Positions 52,968-58,999 of a stretch of DNA of 58,999 bases are shown piece after piece. Each line of letters starts with the position of its first letter. Position 1 is the first letter of the stretch. The stretch spans positions 1 to 58,999 of IMG/VR virus record IMGVR_UViG_3300010966_000080; one strand, written 5' to 3'. A program made the position numbers and the translations under genes. Below the pieces are notes generated by a model. The model did not search any database. It was not told the DNA's origin and worked only from the letters and a program-made list of their open reading frames with translations. This stretch comes from a virus (Duplodnaviria > Caudoviricetes).

Positions 52968-53216
52968 CTACTTCCCCCTCGGCAGGAGGCGGCCCGTCTT
53001 AGGGTCGCGGCGGTGCATGGACTTCATGCGAATGAGGACGGTGTCGCGCTCGAGGCTCGCGACGCGCAGGCGTACCTCAAGGTCGCGGGCCTCGCGCTGG
53101 AGGGCCGCGATCACGGCATCCTTCTGCGCGCCCCGCCGGATGTTGTCCTTCTCGAGGTGCTCCAGCCGGGCGCGCAGGCGACGGGCCTCAGCCCACGGAT
53201 TGAAAATGGACATCAA
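52968..53216 (-). CDS. hypothetical protein
   Basis: 82 aa ending RDPKTGR. Confidence 0.6.
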   Translation of the reverse strand: MMSIFNPWAEARRLRARLEHLEKDNIRRGAQKDAVIAALQREARDLEVRLRVASLERDTVLIRMKSMHRRDPKTGRLLPRGK

Positions 53217-53956
53217 ACTGCCTCCACTGAAAGGAACTCATCGCGCAGCAGCTCGGCCAGCTTGTCGAAGGTGCGGGCGTCGCCGACCGGGCGGTAGCCG
53301 CCGTCGCTGCAGTAGCGGGTGACGTCGAAGCTGCGCCCGAGATCTTTGATGAAGACGTTGGTCCCGTCGTCGCGGAGGTAGGCCTCGAACACGGGCGGCT
53401 CCTCCTCGCTGCAGATGTCGCCATCCCAGTAGACCTCAATGTCTTTGATGCCCGCGCGGGCGAGGGCGGCGTTGATGCGCTCTTCGGTGTATTTGGGGTT
53501 GTCCACGGTTCGCTCCTGTTGCTGATCCATCCCACCTACACCATGCAATTCGACATTGCAAGAGGGTGTTGGAAGATCATTCACCGTCGCGAGGGCGATC
53601 CGGCACACAACTTCGATGAAGTCCGCGTCGCGTTCCATGATGGTCTGCGCGCGGCGCGATCCGTGGATGACCGTGCTGTGGTCGCGCCGCATGACGCGCC
53701 CGATGCCCGAGTATGAGGGCTTCTTTCCGCTGAGCTCGGCGCGCAGCCACAAGCCCGCGTAGAGCGCCAGTCGGGCGCGGTGAACGCGCGCGAAGCGGAT
53801 GTCTTCGAAGATCTCCGCAGGCTTGATGCAGAATATGTGCGCGGCGAAGGCCACGACCTCGAGCCTCGTCATCAGCGCCTCTGGTGCCGAAACGGGATTT
53901 CCCGTTTCGGGGGCCTCAGCCAGCGCGATCAGTTCTTCGTCGGTCATGGGCGGCAT
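53213..53956 (-). CDS. DnaA domain IV-like HTH protein reading through into a second domain (internal GTG start at 53506)
   Basis: AR..........SY..IGR...RDHSTVIHG; internal promoter and AGGAG RBS. Confidence 0.6.
   Translation of the reverse strand: MPPMTDEELIALAEAPETGNPVSAPEALMTRLEVVAFAAHIFCIKPAEIFEDIRFARVHRARLALYAGLWLRAELSGKKPSYSGIGRVMRRDHSTVIHGSRRAQTIMERDADFIEVVCRIALATVNDLPTPSCNVELHGVGGMDQQQERTVDNPKYTEERINAALARAGIKDIEVYWDGDICSEEEPPVFEAYLRDDGTNVFIKDLGRSFDVTRYCSDGGYRPVGDARTFDKLAELLRDEFLSVEAV
53518..53561 (-). promoter_or_regulatory. early promoter/leader, copy 6
   Basis: TTGCAA-N7-TTGCA...ATCAGCAAC-AGGAG. Confidence 0.7.
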
Positions 53957-54091
53957 CCATAAAGAGGCAGGGCGAGATATTGCCATGCCGACTTGGTGAA
54001 CATTACAAGCATCACCAAAAGGACATAGGCGGTTATAATCCCGCAAACCCAAAGTGTGATTTTGGCGCGCGCCACACGGCCCCGCCCCTCC

Positions 54092-54289
54092 CTAGTCATC
54101 GTGTGTGTCTCCTATTGAGCGAAGGGCGGCGGCGGGTTCTTGATGCATGATCGTGCGATAACGGACCCGCGCCAGCCAGAGCTTCCGTTCAAGGCGCGCG
54201 AGGGCATAGTCAGCGAGGGCCAGTCGCAGCCGCCACCATGAATGCCTTGTGCGCGGAAATGCCCCCTCGATCCGTTCAATGAGTGTCAT
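54092..54289 (-). CDS. hypothetical protein
   Basis: 65-aa ORF, ATGA-coupled. Confidence 0.45.
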   Translation of the reverse strand: MTLIERIEGAFPRTRHSWWRLRLALADYALARLERKLWLARVRYRTIMHQEPAAALRSIGDTHDD

Positions 54290-54795
54290 GGCTTAGGCTC
54301 CCGGATGGCTTTCAATGCGGTATTGGCATTTTCAAAGTCACGCCATGAAAGGTGCGATCCAGCAACAGACCTGCCGGCGTCGATGTAGGCGGTCGAATAT
54401 GTTGACAGGCTCGGGTCCACTTTGAGCGCGGCCTTCACTGCCCGATACACAGACCGGCCTTTGACGGCAGCGGTGGCAAATGGCTCCAGCGCATACTCAA
54501 GCATTTTCACCCGTTCGCGCAACCGCTCCACCTCACCAGCCGGTGACATTGCGGACAGAGCTGCGGTGGCGAGGTGCATATACCAACGGCGGGCCTGCTC
54601 GGCATCGTGCTCTTCCCAGTGCGCGGCGACACAGGTTCCGCTGTCGCAATAGCCATCGTCTGGATCGGCATCCACGCCGCATACTTCGTCGAAGTCCAGC
54701 CCGTCCGCCTTTGCCAGTGCTTTCGCAATACGCTCCACCTCCCCCAGCGCATCGGCACTTGCGGGCGTATCGATTAATCCAGTTGTCGTCACCAT
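54286..54795 (-). CDS. hypothetical accessory protein
   Basis: 169-aa ORF in an overlapping gene chain. Confidence 0.6.
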   Translation of the reverse strand: MVTTTGLIDTPASADALGEVERIAKALAKADGLDFDEVCGVDADPDDGYCDSGTCVAAHWEEHDAEQARRWYMHLATAALSAMSPAGEVERLRERVKMLEYALEPFATAAVKGRSVYRAVKAALKVDPSLSTYSTAYIDAGRSVAGSHLSWRDFENANTALKAIREPKP

Positions 54796-55205
54796 GATGA
54801 ATGATCCCCTCGGATGTTGGCCAACTTTGACCTAGCCTCGCGCATGGCATTGCCGAAAATGCGGGCAAGTTGGTTGTTGCTCTTTGCGAGACTGTGGAGT
54901 CGATCGATCTCGGTCAGGGCGTCACGCAAGAGGTCGCGCAGTGGACGGGCGTCGAATTCTTCCGCCCCCGGCTTCACGGTGTATGTCGCCAGCAGGTCAA
55001 CGTAACCGCGCAGTTCTTCTCTGATCTTTGCTGCGGCATCGGCTGGCGCATCGGCACTTGCGGGCGGGGGTGTTGCGAGGTGCTTAAACTCACTCTCGGC
55101 TGCGATAATCTTTGCCAGCGTATCTGCTATCGCTTTGTCGCGAACAAACTCAGGCTCTGGTAACTCCACGGGGTCAATCGGCATGTCATCCATATCTGCG
55201 CTCAT
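54789..55205 (-). CDS. hypothetical accessory protein
   Basis: GGAGGA RBS before the ATG at 55205. Confidence 0.6.
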   Translation of the reverse strand: MSADMDDMPIDPVELPEPEFVRDKAIADTLAKIIAAESEFKHLATPPPASADAPADAAAKIREELRGYVDLLATYTVKPGAEEFDARPLRDLLRDALTEIDRLHSLAKSNNQLARIFGNAMREARSKLANIRGDHSSW

Positions 55206-55423
55206 ATCACTATCCTCCAAAACGTGGGCAGAAGGCCGCATATCAGACCGAACAGCCACCAGCGGAACCGTGAAGGCGACTTATCCCGCGCCTCGTAAAA
55301 GCCTTTCATGTAGGCTTCATCGTGGTCAATCGCGCGCCCTTCCGCGGCCATGTATTTGGCGTCGTCCTTGCCTTCCTGATACCCCTCAGCACGGGCCTGA
55401 GCGAGAATGCTATCCGTTGCCAT
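55202..55423 (-). CDS. small membrane protein
   Basis: C-terminal WWLFGLICGLL. Confidence 0.55.
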   Translation of the reverse strand: MATDSILAQARAEGYQEGKDDAKYMAAEGRAIDHDEAYMKGFYEARDKSPSRFRWWLFGLICGLLPTFWRIVI

Positions 55424-55826
55424 CTTCGGGCTTCCTTTCGATTTGGGCGAGGGCTTGGCGGGCTTCGTCCCACCGGTTTATCGCAAGCTGTAATTCCACA
55501 TCGGGACCGACAGTTCCGCCTGTGATTTGGGCACAGAAAGAGAGGTTGTTACCGGCGCGAAGTAGACGGCTGGCCATCAACGCCTCCACCCTGTCGGATT
55601 GCAGGTCAGCCACGACATCGCGAATAATATCGACCAGTGGTCGCTCTTCGTGTTCGTCGGACTGATACCAATCTAAGACTGGTTGCAGAGCCCTCACCAG
55701 CCCATCGACGGCGGCGGGCGGGGTGGCAGACATATCCCCCTCGGTCTGCCAGCGAGGTTCAACAACAGCGGATTGCGCGGGAACAGGATCGCGCTCGCTG
55801 GACGGGATTTCGTTATCCGTTGCCAT
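55410..55826 (-). CDS. hypothetical accessory protein
   Basis: 138 aa; shares PAAVDGLV and QALAQIERKPEDGNG with the upstream gene. Confidence 0.6.
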   Translation of the reverse strand: MATDNEIPSSERDPVPAQSAVVEPRWQTEGDMSATPPAAVDGLVRALQPVLDWYQSDEHEERPLVDIIRDVVADLQSDRVEALMASRLLRAGNNLSFCAQITGGTVGPDVELQLAINRWDEARQALAQIERKPEDGNG

Positions 55827-55861
55827 CTTCGGGCTTCCTTTCGATTTGGGCGAGTGCTTGG
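55411..55861. repeat. 48-bp direct repeat (55411-55458 and 55814-55861)
   Basis: TATCCGTTGCCATCTTCGGGCTTCCTTTCGATTTGGGCGAG(G/T)GCTTGG, one mismatch. Confidence 0.9.
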
Positions 55862-56364
55862 GTGATGTCGCCAGCCAAATGAACGGCCACCATTACGCAG
55901 CGGTCCTCATTCCAATCAAAACCACCGGCTTGGTTGGCGAATTTCGCTGCCCGCTGTAGGAGTTCCACCAGCCCATCGACGGCGGCGGGCTGCGGGTTGG
56001 CGTTGCTGATTATAGCAGCGGCTTCGACCATGAAGTCAGTGCGGCTGCTCGGCAGATATTCGGCGGGTAAGTCCAGCGCCTTCCTCTTGCGATGCCACAA
56101 GCCTTCCGCGACAAGTTCACGCATCCAAGCAACCGGATCACTGGCGCGGTATGGGGCTGCGATGGCGGCGACTTCAAACAGTGACCCCATGTCGTTCTGG
56201 CCCCACTGGCCAGCAACCGCAATCCGGTCAATCTCCGCCAGCGCCTTACCCTTCTCCTCGTCGTTGGCTAGGGTCTGGGCGATGGTTAGAATACGGTCAT
56301 AGGATTTGTTTAGCAGCCGCTCCGCCTCATCCTTGTGCCGGGGTTCTATGGGGGCTTGGGTCAT
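55813..56364 (-). CDS. hypothetical accessory protein
   Basis: GGAG RBS; MTQAPIEPRHK... Confidence 0.6.
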   Translation of the reverse strand: MTQAPIEPRHKDEAERLLNKSYDRILTIAQTLANDEEKGKALAEIDRIAVAGQWGQNDMGSLFEVAAIAAPYRASDPVAWMRELVAEGLWHRKRKALDLPAEYLPSSRTDFMVEAAAIISNANPQPAAVDGLVELLQRAAKFANQAGGFDWNEDRCVMVAVHLAGDITQALAQIERKPEDGNG

Positions 56365-56759
56365 GGGCGCTCTCCGAAAGCATGGGGCTGAGCCTTGAAC
56401 GGCGGAGCGCAATGCGTGTGGCCTTTGCCCAGCGCGTTGGCCATGTCGTAACCGCAGTGGGAGCAACGGCGCGGCTGATCATTCTGTTCGTGCTGCTCAC
56501 CCGGCGTGTAGTCATAGCGGCCCATGCTCATCAAAAAGCGGACAGCCATTGCGCCAGTCTGGATAGCTTCCATCTCGACTTCGGCGGGGCCGGATTTGTG
56601 CTTTTCGTAGGTTGCCTCCAGAACCGCTTTTGCCAATTCGCCCGCTTCCTCGGACACAACATTTCCAGCGTCGATCACGCGCGTTGGCCAAGTGGGAAAC
56701 TTGACCGTGGCCTTGGTGACTTCGGCGCGGATCAGTTCGATTGCTTCGTCAGCTGTCAC
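56361..56759 (-). CDS. MazG-like NTP pyrophosphohydrolase-fold protein
   Basis: A..KFP.WP......V.EEAGELAKA...E..Q..AMA.RF. Confidence 0.55.
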   Translation of the reverse strand: MTADEAIELIRAEVTKATVKFPTWPTRVIDAGNVVSEEAGELAKAVLEATYEKHKSGPAEVEMEAIQTGAMAVRFLMSMGRYDYTPGEQHEQNDQPRRCSHCGYDMANALGKGHTHCAPPFKAQPHAFGERP

Positions 56760-57049
56760 TTTCCCTCTCCTTCCTGGTGCTTGGCGAGTGTGGCGCGGAA
56801 GTCTGCTACAGCGCTCGGCATGGTCGGATGGTAGCCGGGGCTTTCCTTGCCAATGGTCCATTCGAGATACGGCAATATGTAGCGCATCCCTTTGACCAGT
56901 TCCGCCTTCTCCGCTTCAAGTGCGGTGATGCGGGTGGCGGCAACATCGATGATGTTCACAGCGTTGTCTGCAAATGCGCCAGTGAAGCGCAGTTCCAATT
57001 CGCGCCGAAGCCGGTTCAACCGCTCAACCGGCGTGTGCTTATCGGCCAT
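56756..57049 (-). CDS. hypothetical protein
   Basis: AGGAG RBS; AA.RI.ALE coiled coil. Confidence 0.6.
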   Translation of the reverse strand: MADKHTPVERLNRLRRELELRFTGAFADNAVNIIDVAATRITALEAEKAELVKGMRYILPYLEWTIGKESPGYHPTMPSAVADFRATLAKHQEGEGK

Positions 57050-57273
57050 TGCTCTTCTCCTGCTCGGGGCGCGGCCCCTCGAACTTGGCCTTGAGATCCG
57101 CGAGGCGGCTGGCGATGCTGTCCTCGGTCCACTGGCGCTGGGCCTGTGGGTCGGTGGGGTAGTCTCTCACGGCAGCACCAGCGCCAGCGCGAGGATGAAC
57201 AGGGGCACTGCGATCACGAGGATCACTGCGTAGCGGTCATTGGCCCAGCCCCAGCGGGCAGCGTCGCGCGGCC

Positions 57274-57456
57274 TCATTTGACCCTCCACACGAGCAGGTT
57301 GCGGCCCTCGCGCAGGGTGCGCCACCGCCAGCCGTGGACGTGGTTCTTGTTGAGCGCGTAGACGCGGCTGCGGAGCACCTTGATCTCGTGGTTGGTCAGC
57401 TCGTACTCGCCGGAGCGGGCCAGCGGGATGGACAGGATGGTGTCTTCGGTTGGCAT
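57274..57456 (-). CDS. hypothetical protein
   Basis: GAGGAGG RBS; 60 aa ending LLVWRVK. Confidence 0.65.
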   Translation of the reverse strand: MPTEDTILSIPLARSGEYELTNHEIKVLRSRVYALNKNHVHGWRWRTLREGRNLLVWRVK

Positions 57457-57469
57457 GGCTCAGGCCTCC

Positions 57470-57796
57470 TCAGATGAATGACGGCGACACGGGGGTCGGA
57501 TTGCGGGGGATGTAAGTGACGCCGGTGGCACCGTCGTACTCCGAGACGAGCGCCACCCAACTGCGCGACCACGCGTAGAACGGGTAGCAGTCAGCGCCAC
57601 CGTAGCCATCGTTGTACTCCTCATCGAGCTTGGCGAGGCCGGTGTCGCGGTCGAGGACGATGTTCTCGTCCGCGCGCGGCTTTTCGCTGCCGTCACACTG
57701 CCACTCGCGGTTGTAGTGGATGCCGACAACAATCGCCTCGATCACTTCGCCGGTCTCGGCCTCGAACGCCAGCAGGCGGGTCTTGTGGTTTGCCAT
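57470..57796 (-). CDS. hypothetical protein
   Basis: LD.EY..GYGG..C....AW......V.EYDGA......PRNP. Confidence 0.7.
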   Translation of the reverse strand: MANHKTRLLAFEAETGEVIEAIVVGIHYNREWQCDGSEKPRADENIVLDRDTGLAKLDEEYNDGYGGADCYPFYAWSRSWVALVSEYDGATGVTYIPRNPTPVSPSFI

Positions 57797-57799
57797 GGC

Positions 57800-58255
57800 T
57801 CAGGCCTCCTGCGCGGTGCGGATGGTGTCGGGGGTGGTCGGGATGAAGGGCTTGTTCTCCAGCGCCTCGCCGATCTCTTGGAACGACCAGTGCTTGTTCC
57901 AGTACAGGTGGACGTACTCACACCACGACTGCCCGGCGACCTCGATCAGCTCGCGCAGCGTCGGCTTGGTCACCGGCGCGGTGTGCGCCCACTCCTCGCC
58001 ACGGTCGCGGTGGTAGGCGACCGTCGTGCCCTTCTCGGCGTTGTCGAAGGTGTGCGCGGTCGGGTCAACCGGCTCGAGGCGCTCGCCGAGCGAGGACAGG
58101 TTGCCCAGACGGATGAGGGCGCGCGCCTGCGAGGGCTTGGCGTAGTGCTCGGAGAGGAGGCGGCCGACGTGCGCCGGGTAGCCGTCCCAGTGGCAGTAGA
58201 TGCCGGTGTAGTCGCCCTTGGGGTTGGGGATAATGATGAATGAACGGGTTGCCAT
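57800..58255 (-). CDS. conserved phage early protein
   Basis: MATRS.I...IYCHWDGYP..VG..L..HY; AAGGAG RBS. Confidence 0.75.
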   Translation of the reverse strand: MATRSFIIIPNPKGDYTGIYCHWDGYPAHVGRLLSEHYAKPSQARALIRLGNLSSLGERLEPVDPTAHTFDNAEKGTTVAYHRDRGEEWAHTAPVTKPTLRELIEVAGQSWCEYVHLYWNKHWSFQEIGEALENKPFIPTTPDTIRTAQEA

Positions 58256-58275
58256 GGTAGTGTGCTCCTTGCTGA

Positions 58276-58449
58276 TTATTCGCTGATCACGCCGTGGGCG
58301 ATCAGGTCTTGGGCGGTCCGGCCGAACCAGCCCTGAAGGCGGTAGGCGGTGCCGGTGTCGTGGAGGGTCTGCCACGCCTCGATGACCTGCTCGTCATCGT
58401 CGGCCTCGATGAAACCCTCGGCGATGCCAGTGGCGGTGTAGATGTCCAT
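58276..58449 (-). CDS. small phage protein (57 aa)
   Basis: AWQ.L.DTG.AY.LQGWFGRTA..LI..G; GGAGG RBS. Confidence 0.7.
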   Translation of the reverse strand: MDIYTATGIAEGFIEADDDEQVIEAWQTLHDTGTAYRLQGWFGRTAQDLIAHGVISE

Positions 58450-58452
58450 GGC

Positions 58453-58704
58453 TCAAGCCTCCCCGTTCGGTGCGAGCTGGGCGACGGTGCCGCACTCGAA
58501 CAGGCCGGTGTCGAAGTTGTAGAGGGACTTGCGGCTGGCCGAGATGCCCGCCGCGATCAGGCGGAAGCCCTCGAGGTCGGTGTTGGCCACGGACGCGTTG
58601 ACCGCGCTGTGCGTGGCGACCACGACGAAGGTGGCGAGGTTGCGGTAGCAGACGTAGTCTGCGCCCTTGTCGCGGGCTTCGTGGGTTGCTTCGATGAAAG
58701 ACAT
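58453..58704 (-). CDS. hypothetical protein
   Basis: GGAG RBS downstream of promoter copy 7. Confidence 0.65.
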   Translation of the reverse strand: MSFIEATHEARDKGADYVCYRNLATFVVVATHSAVNASVANTDLEGFRLIAAGISASRKSLYNFDTGLFECGTVAQLAPNGEA

Positions 58705-58723
58705 TAGGGGGTACTCCGTCTGC

Positions 58724-58767
58724 GTTGCTGATGGGCAGTATATGGCATGTGCAATTGCAGGTTGCAA
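58724..58767 (-). promoter_or_regulatory. early promoter/leader, copy 7
   Basis: TTGCAA-N7-TTGCA...ATCAGCAAC. Confidence 0.75.
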
Positions 58768-58781
58768 TACCCCCTGTGGAA

Positions 58782-58999
58782 TTATTTTCCGAGGAGCCAG
58801 AGGGGGTCGACCCCCATCGCCCCGGCGATGGCCCAGATGGCGCCGATGGTCGGGTTGAAGTTGCGGCGCTTGCGGCGGCCGGTCAGGCTGCCGACGTAGT
58901 TGGGGTCGTAGCCAGCCCGCCGCGAGATGGCGGCGAGGGTGTCCGGGTGGGCTGCCAGCGCCTCGTTGAGACGCTGGCGCAGGGTGGCGTGGATGTCGG
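58782..58999 (-). CDS. XRE-type HTH protein, start codon just outside the window
   Basis: DIHATLRQRL...LAAISRRAGYDPNYV...NPTIGAIWAIAGAMGVDPLWLLGK*. Confidence 0.7.
   Translation of the reverse strand, partial: DIHATLRQRLNEALAAHPDTLAAISRRAGYDPNYVGSLTGRRKRRNFNPTIGAIWAIAGAMGVDPLWLLGK

Noticed and set aside
1-58999. tRNA, rRNA, integrase/att site, tape measure or tail sheath genes
   Set aside because: None recognised by eye; a tRNAscan-SE run and HMM searches would be needed to exclude them formally.

Overview
The window is a near-complete genome of a high-GC tailed dsDNA phage with podovirus-like organisation. It has a portal, scaffold, major capsid protein, adaptor, P22-gp10-like hub and large ejection proteins, but no tape measure, sheath or integrase. 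The host is probably an alphaproteobacterium, judged from a GapR homologue and EIVVT-type TonB-box motifs. The + strand (about 2.4-41.2 kb) carries packaging, head, tail-fibre, lysis and ejection/cargo genes. The - strand (41.3-59 kb, continuing into 1-1.3 kb) carries early and replication genes: SNF2 helicase, Mom-like DNA modifier, VRR-NUC, HNH-AP2, family A polymerase, GapR, SSB, Cas4-like nuclease, primase-helicase and many small ORFs. Five signals stand out. (1) The terminase intein has no in-frame nuclease but contains a complete HNH/zinc-ribbon endonuclease gene with its own RBS in another reading frame. (2) A structured RNA ahead of the polymerase gene can sequester the pol RBS and is also complementary to a leader shared by seven early promoters. 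(3) An ejection protein carries tandem TonB-box-like motifs. (4) A free-standing copy of the primase C-terminal domain sits beside a GCAAC-iteron origin-like region. (5) A compact interlocked-pseudoknot RNA lies downstream of the capsid locus. All family assignments come from motif recognition by eye; no searches were run.
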